From NCBI RefSeq assembly GCF_001194135.2, contig NC_068984.1, positions 138,114,111-138,158,985 of the forward strand: a stretch of 44,875 nt of DNA. Direction: 5' to 3'. The DNA is from Octopus bimaculoides. Lineage: Eukaryota. The notes beneath the pieces are model-generated. The model was given only the letters and a program-made list of their open reading frames with translations. It was not told where the DNA came from and did not search any database. Shown piece after piece: positions 10,342-21,861 of this stretch. Numbering within the stretch: the first letter of the stretch is position 1; each line of letters starts with the position of its first letter. The position numbers and the translations under genes are program-made.

Positions 10342-10608
10342 AAAGACAGAAGGAGGAAGAGAGATAGTGAGAACTGAAGGTGTATAATAGAAATCTTATC
10401 TTTTTGCTCAATTTTGAGTGACCTGGTGTTAAACCGAAACCCAACATTAAAGAAACTGCTTAAAGAAATAGACTTTAGACGTTAAACTCCTTCGGTGCTC
10501 CGCATACAGCAGTGAGATATGTTGATATAAAGATTTTCTTTTCTTCTTGAGTTTTAGGACTCATAAGGCCTGTTACTCGGTTTTCATGGCGTATAAGTGA
10601 TCGAGAGT

Positions 10609-11000
10609 GGAGGCGCAATGGCCCAGTGGTTAGGGCAGTGGACTCACGGTTATAGGATCACGGTTTTGATTCCCAGACTGGGCGTGTGAGTGTTTATTGA
10701 GCGAAAACACCTAAAGCTCCACGAGGCTCCGGCAGGGGTAGGGGCAAACCCTGCTGTGCTCTTTCTACCACAACTTTCTCTCACTCTTTCTTCCTGCTTC
10801 TGTTTGTACCTGTATTTCAAAGGGGCTAGCCTTGTCACACTCTGTGTCACACTGAATCTCCCCCGAGAACTACGTTAAGGGTACATGTGCCTGTGGAGTG
10901 CTCAACCACTAGCACGTTAATTTCACGAGCAGGCTGTTCCGTTGATCAGATCAATTGGAACAATCGTCGTCGTAACCGACGGAGTGCCAACAGTGCCAAC
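10609..11000 (+). mobile_element. tRNA SINE family C, full length, inserted into an older SINE remnant
   Basis: ggaggcgcaatggcccagtggttagggc head, gtaaccgacggagtgccaac tail. TSD aagtgatcgag(a/t)gt at 10595-10608 and 11001-11014. Confidence 0.85.
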
Positions 11001-11078
11001 AAGTGATCGAGTGTACAATATTCCTGCTGAACAGGACGACGCCTGTCTGTTGCAGAGTTCAAGAAAAGAAATACTGAT

Positions 11079-11265
11079 GGGAGCGGGCAAGTCGATTACA
11101 CCGACCGTGACCCCGACCCCATACTTGACTGGCACTTTATTTTATCGACTCCGAAGGGATATGAGGCCAAATCGATCCCGGCAGGATTTGAACTCAGGAC
11201 ATGAAAAACCGGAAGAAACGCCACTAAACATTTTATCTGACGCGCTAACAATTCTGACAACTCGC
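11079..11265 (-). mobile_element. tRNA SINE family B, degenerate
   Basis: Reverse-complement match to the family B core and head. Confidence 0.6.
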
Positions 11266-11541
11266 TATTCTATTACTTTTCTGAGTTCAAATTCCGTCGT
11301 GGTCGACTTTGCATTTCATACTTTAGGTAGTGGTGGTGGTGGTGGTGGTGGTAGGGGTCATAGAATAAGAACCCTTTCCTTATACTGATGGCCTTGTGCT
11401 AAAATTTGCCTCCGATATTAGGATTACAGAAAACTAATTTAAACTAATGAGAACTCTCTGAATACTTTAGCTATTAAAACGAGTCCATTCACATGTCATT
11501 TCGGCAAATGGGTGGGAAAAAAAATGCCAAGTACTCATGCC

Positions 11542-11608
11542 ATATGGCGTAGTGGTTAAGAGCGCGGGCTACTAACCTCAAGATTCCAAGTTCGATTCCA
11601 GGCAGTGA

Positions 11609-11658
<50 letters not shown>

Positions 11659-11840
11659 TCGAAAAATTCCTTAGGAATGAGAACCCAGGTTCGAAATTTC
11701 CCCAAGACACCTGATGAAGGTTGGTGGGTATATCAGCCGAAACGTTGTGTTAAAAACAAACAAGATGAGGACAAATATCTGTCAAATGTAAATAATGTAA
11801 ATAATGTACATAATTCCTCATCTCTTAAATATAGAACTGT
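11542..11840 (+). mobile_element. tRNA-headed hammerhead element (family 1), copy 2
   Basis: A box TGGCGTAGTGG at 11545-11555, B box at 11590-11599, (AAT)14, hammerhead at 11707-11750, 3' end ...tctcttaaatatagaactgt. Confidence 0.82.
11707..11750 (+). ncRNA. minimal type I hammerhead ribozyme motif
   Basis: acac-CUGAUGA-a-gguug...cagcc-GAAA-CG-UU-gugu. Stem II is fully paired with one G.U. Stem III is the palindrome ACGU. Confidence 0.72.
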
Positions 11841-11841
11841 A

Positions 11842-12180
11842 TTATCTAATCGGTACGGAGCCGATATTAGACTTCAATGGAGACGTATAGAGAAAATCCA
11901 TCAAAAAACTAGCTCGTCTTTCAAACCATCTAACCTTCCTGTGTAGATGTAGAGACTCAAAGCTAATACCACCTGGCTTGAATATAATGACACCAGTGGA
12001 TTCATATAAAGCTAGAAGAGTAGCGGAAAGGGCAGATGCCCTCGTCCGCGAGAGGAACCATTACAACCGTTGGAAAGAAAACATCAACTAAATAACGAAA
12101 TAACCAGAGCAAAATAACTGAGGAAAATAACCAGAAATGATGATAGAAAGAGAATCCAACAAGATCTGGCAATGTCTAGT
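11842..12180 (+). pseudogene. N-terminal region of a Penelope-like element ORF (frameshifted)
   Basis: LSNRYGADIRLQWRRIEKIHQK, then a frameshift in an A6 run, then LARLSNHLTFLCRCRDSKLIPPGLNIMTPVDSYKARRVAERADALVRER. This matches my recall of the PLE pre-RT pattern YG..R..EK...K.A...NH..F..RC.....P..L...........A...L.RER. Confidence 0.6.
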
Positions 12181-12658
12181 TGAATTTTTATTCAAATATT
12201 TCGTAGTACCAGTAGACAAAATGGACAAAGCATGAACTCGAAAACTGAATAAAATTATAAGGTGAAATACACTGGATTCATTCTTAGAGATGGCAATGTC
12301 TTTGTGCTTTGTTATGGGATTTCTAACACCTGTTTTGAATGAAACTTGTTTTCGTAAACCTAAACAACAATAAAACTATAAATACTCAAGTACATTAAGT
12401 AGCGGGGCTTCAGATAGATTAAATCTCCCCGAATAAGACAAGATACAAAACTAAAATAGGCCTCTTAATAAATAGACAAGCCAAATGGCAAAATGTGTAG
12501 CTGTTTGTATTTTTGTATTTTATAAGCATTTTTGGTATTAATTTTTGACAAAAATGTTAGAGTTTGTAACAAAATCATTGAAAAGAATTCTAATCACGCT
12601 AATTGATTGTTTCTTAGAATTTAGTGGCATCAAATCGTTGCTTATCGTATTCTATATA

Positions 12659-13903
12659 TTGGTTGTTAGCTAAATTCCTTCGTTTCTTTTCGATGTGTTT
12701 GAATTATCACGAAAAATATTTTTATTGAAGTATTTAATTTTTTTTATTAGTTCTGTTCATCCTTTGCAATTTTTGTTGGTAGTTATTGAAATTCGAATAA
12801 ATTTTTGCCTCTTTGAGACAAATGTCGATGGAGTGCCATGTAAGGAAAACAACGAGCTTTTTCGACACCTGCTTCTCTTCGTTTCAATCATGGTTCGGAA
12901 AGCTGTCAAAGTCGCTCAGTACATTTGTACTGTGTTTACAGAGGGGGCGTTGTTACTAAAAGAATTGCACGGAAATGGCTTTTTACGCTTTAAGGAGGGG
13001 AAATTCGACCTGACAGACACTCCACATTCGGCCGATCTGTTTAGTTTAATGAAGATCGAGTGAACGATCTCATTCTCGAGGATGCGCGCCAAGCCACAAG
13101 AGATTGACCCCGTAGATGGGATGCTCACGAGATACCTTCACTCGTCGGGAACAGCCCCAAAACTCAGTGAATGGATGCCACTCGATCTGAACGAAAGAGA
13201 CAAACTCCAGCGCTTCTCTATCGCTGCCAGTTTGCTCGCTCAACACCAGACTTCTCGTAGACTTGGAGCTTTTTTTTAACGCATCGTCATCGGCGATGAT
13301 GTATAGTGCCTTTTCATCAATATGAAGCAAAGTAAAAAAATGGCTGAGTCCCGACAAGCAAGTGATACCTCGACTGGAGTCAGAGCTGCATCTACGCATT
13401 TGGTAGGACCGGATAGGGCTAATCCACTATGAAATGCCTGAAAACAAACACACGGTCAAATTCAGAGTTTACGTTCAGCAAATGCTCAAACCAAACCAGG
13501 GCAGGCAGCCCAGCTGGAAAGACCAGATTAGCGATACGGCATGAAAACGCTCCCCACTAAGTCACTAATTTGACCAAAAATGCGATTCAAGAGCTCGGTT
13601 GGGGGAGTTCCATCGCGTCCGCCGTATTCCGCTGATATAGTGCTTTTGGATCGTTACCTGTTGGGCCCTCTCTAACAGACTTCGAGGCATTTAGTTCAAC
13701 AATGACATAGAACTGGTTCGATGAATTCTTGGAGTCAAGAAACGGTGATTTCTATCATCAAAGTATTGACAAGTTAGTGGAACAAGCAAAATGTCGCGAA
13801 CAATGAACGAAAATATATCATTGACTGATTTCTTAAAACTACTGATGACAAACAAAGATTAAAATAAAGGGGATAAATACGAATGAATTTATCTGACAAC
13901 CCA
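12659..13903 (+). mobile_element. near full-length decayed mariner transposon (1245 bp)
   Basis: TIRs match at 21/25, with TA on both sides. Relics include the HTH (ICTVFTEGA..FLRFKEGKFDLTDTPHS), KLSEWMPLDL, LQRFSIAASLL, RIVIGDD and WLSPDKQ. Multiple stops and frameshifts. Confidence 0.88.
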
Positions 13904-14273
13904 TACACCTTATTCACTTACTTTCTATATCTTCAATTCTTCATAATTTTCCAGAAATCAATCAGCAAGGCATCTGTTGCATTATTACAAATATGTTTAG
14001 TTTTATCGGATAATGGTGTATAGTATATTACTGGTTTGTTCTATAATCAAATATCTGGTCTGGCGATTTCGATTCATAATTTTATTATTCGCCTGTAAAG
14101 AAATATACGTTGAGCTTCTAGCGTTTCCAGACAATAGCTTTTTGTTGCTTAAACGTCATGTATGTCTCTTCGATAAATTTCATGCGCTGTTGGTATTCTT
14201 TTTCCGTAAAATCTGTTCTACGCTGAAATTTTATAGACGTTAATTATATTTTCATGTTAGAATGTATTGTTGT

Positions 14274-14640
14274 GGAGGCACAACGGCCCAGTGGTTAGGA
14301 CAGCGGACTCGCGGTCATAGAATAGTGGTTTCGATTCCCCGACCGGACGTTGTGAGTGTTTATTGAGCGAAAACACCTGAGGCTCCGGCAGGGGATGGTG
14401 GCGAACCCTGCTGTACTCTTTCACCACAACTTTCTCTCACTCTTACTTCCTGTTTCTGTTGTGCCTGTAATTCAAAGGTCCAGTCTTGTCACACTGTGTC
14501 ACGCTGAATATCCCCCGAGAACTACGTTAAGGGTACACGTGTCTGTGGAGTGCTCAGCCACTTGCACGTTAATTTCACGAGCAGGCTGTTCCGTTAATCG
14601 GATCAACTGGAACCCTCGACGTCGTAAGCGACGGAGTGCT
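14274..14640 (+). mobile_element. tRNA SINE family C
   Basis: Colinear with 10609-11000. Confidence 0.85.
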
Positions 14641-15191
14641 AAGAGAGAGAGAGAGATGANNNNNNNNNNNNNNNNNNNNNNNNNNNNNNNNNNNNNNNNN
14701 NNNNNNNNNNNNNNNNNNNNNNNNNNNNNNNNNNNNNNNNNNNNNNNNNNNNNNNNNNNNNNNNNNNNNNNNNNNNNNNNNNNNNNNNNNNNNNNNNNNN
14801 NNNNNNNNNNNNNNNNNNNNNNNNNNNNNNNNNNNNNNNNNNNNNNNNNNNNNNNNNNNNNNNNNNNNNNNNNNNNNNNNNNNNNNNNNNNNNNNNNNNN
14901 NNNNNNNNNNNNNNNNNNNNNNNNNNNNNNNNNNNNNNNNNNNNNNNNNNNNNNNNNNNNNNNNNNNNNNNNNNNNNNNNNNNNNNNNNNNNNNNNNNNN
15001 NNNNNNNNNNNNNNNNNNNNNNNNNNNNNNNNNNNNNNNNNNNNNNNNNNNNNNNNNNNNNNNNNNNNNNNNNNNNNNNNNNNNNNNNNNNNNNNNNNNN
15101 NNNNNNNNNNNNNNNNNNNNNNNNNNNNNNNNNNNNNNNNNNNNNNNNNNNNNNNNNNNNNNNNNNNNNNNNNNNNNNNNNNNNNNNNNNN

Positions 15192-15230
<39 letters not shown>

Positions 15231-15934
15231 CCTTGTTGTTGATTACCTCTAGTAGACCCCTGAACGAGTGGACCTTTGATCAAATGCATTCGAGAACCAT
15301 CCACGATCACACCAGTTCATTATCAAACCTACTATGTCTATCTAGGATTACATTACTACCCGTACCCTCACCATTTCAAGGCTGATTTTAAGAAGACATA
15401 ACACCAGCAGGACCTTGTTTTCCTCTTAGGCGTCCTCTGATATATTCTATACGCTTGCTTTCAGTGTTTTGTATCTAAAATAATTGCTTTGTTGTCATAA
15501 TTTATGCAAATTTATGTTCATCTTTTGATTGGCAGAGCATCACTTGCCGTTTCTGTAAGAATATGAATTTCTTCTCTTATTTCTCGTTCACAATATTCTG
15601 TTTACCGATACAACTAATATATTACACGGATTAAAAATGGTATTAAAAGAATAATAAATTTGCAGCAATTTTTAATTCTCATCGATAGATTCATAGGGTG
15701 GTTTCAGCGTAATATTTACAGAATATTTGGTTATATCTCGGAAGGATCATTATGCCAATAAGAATCACACGCACTGTTTCTATTTCAATTCTCTATCTTT
15801 TCCTATATTTCAATTAGTTAACGGTTTAACCAATTAACTAATCAATTGTTTGATTAATTGTTCAGTCAGTTAATCAAGCAGCCAATTAATCAATCAGCTA
15901 GCTTGTCAAAGTCCTTTCGTTACAAATCGCAGCC

Positions 15935-16080
15935 TCATCAATGACATGCCTTCTCTACTTCAGGTTTGCTTCAGGTCCAGCGATGCCCGTATGTATAGTA
16001 CTGACATCATGACTTACAGGAACATTGAAATACATGTTATGCGACCTTTGCAGGAGACTGATTGCTCCACTCTTTTAACA
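15935..16080 (+). pseudogene. possible highly decayed CR1/L2-type RT core fragment
   Basis: LINDMPSLL...DARMYSTDIMTYRNI loosely resembles the INDLP...MYADD.K.YR.I motif. Confidence 0.3.
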
Positions 16081-16154
16081 TCACCAACATTTAATAAATC
16101 ACTCTTCTCGAGTGAATACCGAGTCTAGATTGTGAACAGTAAACCCGTTGTTGC

Positions 16155-16460
16155 GGAGGCACATGGCCTAGGGATTAGAGCAGCGGACTCGCGGTCGAGG
16201 GATCGCGAGTTCGAGTCTCAGACCAGGCGATGTGTGTGTTTATGAGTGAAACACCTAAGCTCCACCCGGCTCCAGTAGAAGGTAAAGGCGAACTTCTGCT
16301 GACTCTTTCGCCACAACTTTCTCTCAGTCTTTCCTCCTACATCTAGCAACTTACCTGTGACGGACTGGCGTCCCGTCCAGGTGGGGAACCTATACGCCAA
16401 TGAAACCAGGAAATCGGCCCTTATGAGCCAGGCATGGCTCGAGAAGGAAAAAACAACAAA
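16155..16460 (+). mobile_element. tRNA SINE with family-C-like head and V-domain-like 3' half
   Basis: Shares its head with family C up to ccacaactttctctca, then tgtgacggactggcgtcccgtccagg. The V-SINE-like label is from recall. Confidence 0.6.
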
Positions 16461-16844
16461 CTAGTTTTTATTTCACAAGCCAACAATAAAATCACCATAT
16501 TGTCGTTTGACCTCTTTTTAGCACTTGTTTGAAATAAAGACATTTTATTTATAGAAACCGGACAGATTTTATTTTCAGACGCTATACAGAGAAATATTGT
16601 TGAATCACTGGTTTTGTTGAAGCAAATTTTAGGCTTTTTCGCGGCTTGTGTAAGGATCTATTTTAACCGACAGAATATTCTTTGAATATTCTTAATTCCA
16701 AACTATCATTAAATTCGGGCTTAGAAGTTATCGCTTTATAAACTCTTTCTAATTTTGGTGTAATTTGAGGTAAGTGAGGTCGTGATAATCCCATTTCTAG
16801 AATAAATGGTAATATCAGAAGTAACATTAATATTTATTGTATGT

Positions 16845-17507
16845 AAGACAGCAAGCTGACAAAATTGTTACGGCGCTGAACAACATGGTTAGTGGCACCC
16901 TTTTAGGGCGCTCAACGGTCTGAATTCAAATGCCGCCGAGGTGGACTTTGCCTTTCAGCCTTTCGGGGTCGATAAGATAACTACGATTTAAGTATTGGGG
17001 GTCAATGTAACCGAATTCCCTCTCGCTTCAAATGCTGGCCTTGTGCTGAAATAAATCTATTATCTTTTACGTGTTTCAGTTATATGACTGCGGTCAGGCT
17101 GGAGCAACACCTTAACGGGTTTTAGTCGAACAAATCGACCTCAGGACTTATTTTTAAAATTTTATCGGTGTCTTTTTGCCAAACCGCTATGTTACGGGGA
17201 CTTAAACGCACTAACACCGGTTGTCACGTGGTGGTGGGGGTCAAACACAGACACAAAGACACGCACACATACACACACACACACGCGCGCGGAAATGTAC
17301 TTTCATACATGCATATGTATGTGTGTGTGTGTGTGTGTGTGGTGTGTGTGTGTGTGTACGAAGCGTTTCTTTCTGCTTCCGTCCACAAGGTTTTGGTCGG
17401 CCCGTAGCTATAGTAGAAGGCACTTTTCCAAGGTGTTACGTAGTGGGACTGAACCCGGAACTATGTGGTTGGGGAGCATACTGCTTACCACACAGCCACG
17501 CCTGCGC
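16845..17507. mobile_element. family B SINE (+, about 16845-17047) tail to tail with a full family A SINE (-, about 17058-17507)
   Basis: Matches to the other copies in the window. Confidence 0.7.
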
Positions 17508-17801
17508 CTATATTCAGTGTATGTAGTTCAAATGTTTCGCTGTTCGCAATATACATTTCTTGTTTATAGGGTAAAATGCCAATAAAATCTGTAATTTTAT
17601 CGATTCTGAATAAATTCAAATATAGGTGCTAGTGTAATAGCGTAGAACTGGGAGCGGTCCGTCTCGGGTGGTACTTTTAAATTCTAAGATCTCTTTGTAG
17701 TCACGTTGCATAACCCCTTGGGCAAGTGTTTTCTACTAAAGCCTCGGAACGGTCAATGCCATAGAGTAAATATGGTGGAAGAAAACTGTACAGAAGTATG
17801 T

Positions 17802-17864
<63 letters not shown>

Positions 17865-18394
17865 CCTCCCATCCTATTGTTTGCCATCGGGTGCTGCTTG
17901 TTTACGCTCCTGTAACTTAGCGACTCGGCAAAGATACAGATAGAATTTTTGGGTCTGCTATATAAGGCTGCACCGGGGGCAATGGAGGATGTGGGGCATA
18001 TGGGCGAACGTGAGTCGCAAACCTAAAGGCTGTCTTGAGTGACGCGCTCTCAAGTCTCAAGCTACGTCACTGTACAGATGAAATAAAATAGTTGACAGAG
18101 CATTTAATAAAAGCGTTCATTCTTTGCTGGCTATTCTCAACCATTTTATTATCTTTTAATCAGGAGGAGAGACAGTACCCATGACCCTTTACGGGGAACC
18201 TCAAGGCAGGTGGCAGTGATGGTGAAATCAGAGACCTGTCGCAAATTCTTGTGATAAAGTAGACTTCGTTAAAGGTCCTCAGCAACCAGGTGGTGGTGTC
18301 AAGAAGAGCGACAAATTTAGTCTTCACCTTTGCTCGACTAAAGGCGGTACTCCAGCATGGACGCAGTCAAACGACTGAAACAAAGTAAAAGAGA

Positions 18395-18436
<42 letters not shown>

Positions 18437-18773
18437 GCATATATATATATATATATATGCATATATATATATATACAACGGGCTTCTTTCAGTTTCCGTC
18501 CACCAAATGCACTCACAGGGCTTTGCCCGGCTCGAGGCTTTAGTAGAAGACGCTTGGCTCAAAATATACCAGAACAACCCGGAACCATGTAGTTGGGAAA
18601 CAACCTTCTTATCACACAGCCATTATCGCATTTATTTTCCTGCTACTTTTGAAATTGCCTGTTGTTTACTCTCAACGTATTCTCATGTTCTTTTACTGGT
18701 TCTAGTCATTGAACAACGGTCATGCTGGGGCACTATAACCTTCAAAGTTTTTATTAACTCGCTCAGGTATGCA

Positions 18774-18806
<33 letters not shown>

Positions 18807-18829
18807 TACGAAGTACCAGATGTTCTTTT

Positions 18830-19235
18830 TTATTCTAGGCATAAGGCCCGAAATTTTTGTGGAGCGAGCCGGTTGTAACTGGTACTTAATTTATCGACCT
18901 CGAAAGGATGAAAGGCAAAGTCGACCTCAGCGTAATTTGAACTCAGAACATAAAGACGGACGAAATACCGCTAAGCATTTCGCCCGGCGTGCTAACGTTT
19001 CTTATTTCTTTACTGCCCACAAGGGGCTAAACATAGAGGGGACAAACAAGGACAGACAAAGGGATTAAGTCGATTACATCGATCCCCAGTGCGTAACTGG
19101 CACTTATTTTATCGACCCCGAAAAGATGAAAGGCAAAGTCGACCTCGGCGGAATTTGAACTCAGAACGTAGCGGCAGACGAAATACCGCTAAGTATTTCG
19201 CCCGGCGTGCTAACGCTTCTGCCAGCTCACCGCTT
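18830..19235 (-). mobile_element. two tandem family B SINEs
   Basis: Two successive ggtacttaatttatcgacc...gaaatacc-gctaag...cgcccggcgtgctaac units. Confidence 0.8.
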
Positions 19236-19240
19236 TCGCA

Positions 19241-19435
19241 GTACCAGATAGTGCAACAGCTTGGGTTTAAAGGCCCACTGCTTTTCACTATCCTCCCAAA
19301 AAGCCTGAGAAAACTACATTGGGATCGATAAAGGTGTTTTCAAAACAAAACTGGATCTCCTTTTGTCAAGTGTTCCGGATGAACCTACTTTGCGACAGGA
19401 AATGCTGATGCGGGCAGCAACACCAAACTCCTAGC
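19241..19435 (+). mobile_element. 3' end of a CR1/L2-group LINE ORF2
   Basis: GFKGPLLFTILPKSLR, a frameshift, then VFKTKLDLLLSSVPDEPT...RAATPNS*. Typical GP.LFN.LP..LR...FK..LD..L..PDEP C-terminus. Confidence 0.6.
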
Positions 19436-19528
19436 ATGGCCGCAGCTCTTAGAGTGATGATAATAATAATAATAACAATAATAGTAATAATAATAATAAT
19501 GATAATAATAATAATAATAATAATAATA

Positions 19529-19803
19529 AAACACACGCCAGAAAAGGTCACAGAAAACGAGAAAGCAACCATACTCTGGGATATGCCAATACACACAGAT
19601 AGAGAAATTAAGGCAAATAGACCAGATATAGTTGTCAAAGATCATGAAGAAAAAAAATGCTTTCTAATTGATGTATCAATACCAGCAGATGACAACGTTT
19701 CTCTAAAAGAAATGGAAAAACTTTCAAAATACAAAGACCTGGAAATAGAGATAACTCGAATGTGGAATCTAAAAACAGAAACAATTCCTATCATAGTAGG
19801 TGC
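19529..19803 (+). mobile_element. 5'-truncated R4/Dong-clade non-LTR element, restriction-like endonuclease domain
   Basis: Uninterrupted KHTPEKVTENEKATILWDMPIHTDREIKANRPDIVVKDHEEKKCFLIDVSIP...KEMEKLSKYKDLEIEITRMWNLKTETIPIIVG (PD-(D/E)xK). Begins directly after (TAA)n and ends in a gap. Confidence 0.85.
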
Positions 19804-21118
19804 NNNNNNNNNNNNNNNNNNNNNNNNNNNNNNNNNNNNNNNNNNNNNNNNNNNNNNNNNNNNNNNNNNNNNNNNNNNNNNNNNNNNNNNNNNNNNNNNN
19901 NNNNNNNNNNNNNNNNNNNNNNNNNNNNNNNNNNNNNNNNNNNNNNNNNNNNNNNNNNNNNNNNNNNNNNNNNNNNNNNNNNNNNNNNNNNNNNNNNNNN
20001 NNNNNNNNNNNNNNNNNNNNNNNNNNNNNNNNNNNNNNNNNNNNNNNNNNNNNNNNNNNNNNNNNNNNNNNNNNNNNNNNNNNNNNNNNNNNNNNNNNNN
20101 NNNNNNNNNNNNNNNNNNNNNNNNNNNNNNNNNNNNNNNNNNNNNNNNNNNNNNNNNNNNNNNNNNNNNNNNNNNNNNNNNNNNNNNNNNNNNNNNNNNN
20201 NNNNNNNNNNNNNNNNNNNNNNNNNNNNNNNNNNNNNNNNNNNNNNNNNNNNNNNNNNNNNNNNNNNNNNNNNNNNNNNNNNNNNNNNNNNNNNNNNNNN
20301 NNNNNNNNNNNNNNNNNNNNNNNNNNNNNNNNNNNNNNNNNNNNNNNNNNNNNNNNNNNNNNNNNNNNNNNNNNNNNNNNNNNNNNNNNNNNNNNNNNNN
20401 NNNNNNNNNNNNNNNNNNNNNNNNNNNNNNNNNNNNNNNNNNNNNNNNNNNNNNNNNNNNNNNNNNNNNNNNNNNNNNNNNNNNNNNNNNNNNNNNNNNN
20501 NNNNNNNACACACACACACGCACACACACACACACACGTACATACATATTACATGCATATATCTATATCTATCTATCTATCTATCTATCTATATATATAT
20601 TATATATATATATATAGTTTACAGTAGGACCAACGGGAAAACTGTACTGAGAGATATCAGTTAAATGTACACAGTTTTTTTTTTTAGAAAAGAGCTGTTA
20701 ACTGTTTCATGTTTAGAGCTACAATATGCATGTACTGTTCTCTTCCAAAATGAGAACATAAAATGGCTTGAAATCACCTTCTTCCGAAAAACCCAAAGCG
20801 TGGAAAACGTAAACATTAATAGCATGTCGCTACCACATTAATACACTTTGTAACGCATGTAATTTTGTTGTGAACGATCGTGCTTAAACTGGGGCAAAAA
20901 TGAAAAAATCGGTGTGTTTGAACGTATGATTACTTACCTGGTTCATGTCTTCAAGTTATGTGAGCTATTCAACCTTAATCGTTATTATATATGTTCGTAT
21001 GCGCGCCTCTGTGTGTGTATCTATCTATCTGGTTTAGGAGTGGCACATCACAGGCAAAGAGTTACATTGAAAATAGTAACAATACAAATACGTGAGAAAA
21101 ATGTCAGTATTCGTATGC

Positions 21119-21686
21119 GTGTAAGAAACCGATAGGAAGAGATAGACACAGTAGAAGCAATATTTTTCTCACACACGCACACAATATATATACTCACCCC
21201 CTCATATACATAATGGACTCTCCCAGCTTACTTTCTTATTTTACCGAACGGCTTGTATAAATGATTTGTTTATAGTAATCAAACGTATGTGGCCTATATT
21301 AGCTCACCCCTGAAGGTGGCGAGCTGGCAGTAGCGTTAGCACGCCGGGTGAAATGCTTAACGTCTTTACGTTCTGAGTTCAAATTCCGCCGATGTCGACT
21401 TTGCCTTTCATCCTTTCGGGGGGTCGATAAATTAAGTACCAGTTGCGTACTGGGGTTGATCTAATCGACTGCACCCNNNNNNNNNNNNNNNNNNGTGTAA
21501 GAAACCGATAGGAAGAGATAGACACAGTAGAAGCAATATTTTTCTCACACACGCACACAATATATATACTCACCCCCTCATATACATAATGGACTCTCCC
21601 AGCTTACTTTCTTATTTTACCGAACGGCTTGTATAAATGATTTGTTTATAGTAATCAAACGTATGTGGCCTATATTAGCTCACCCC
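21119..21686. repeat. identical 192-bp direct repeat (21119-21310 and 21495-21686) around a family B SINE (21311-21476) and an 18-nt gap
   Basis: Base-for-base identity by eye. Only the first copy is followed by the SINE. Confidence 0.85.
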
Positions 21687-21861
21687 CATCATTAAATCGA
21701 TGTTACCTGAACAGGGGTCGAAGTGATGGCAGAACAACGTGAGATGAAGTGTCTTGCTCAAGAGCACAGCGCACCACCCATAGGGTTGGTTTTAGTGGTG
21801 TTGATCCTAAAGCCAAATTCTCAAAGTATTCCATGTATATATTGGCTATTATCGGTGATAA

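Noticed and set aside
10942-11388. 148-aa ORF
   Set aside because: It crosses three adjacent SINE fragments and a (GGT)n run, so it is a chance chimera.
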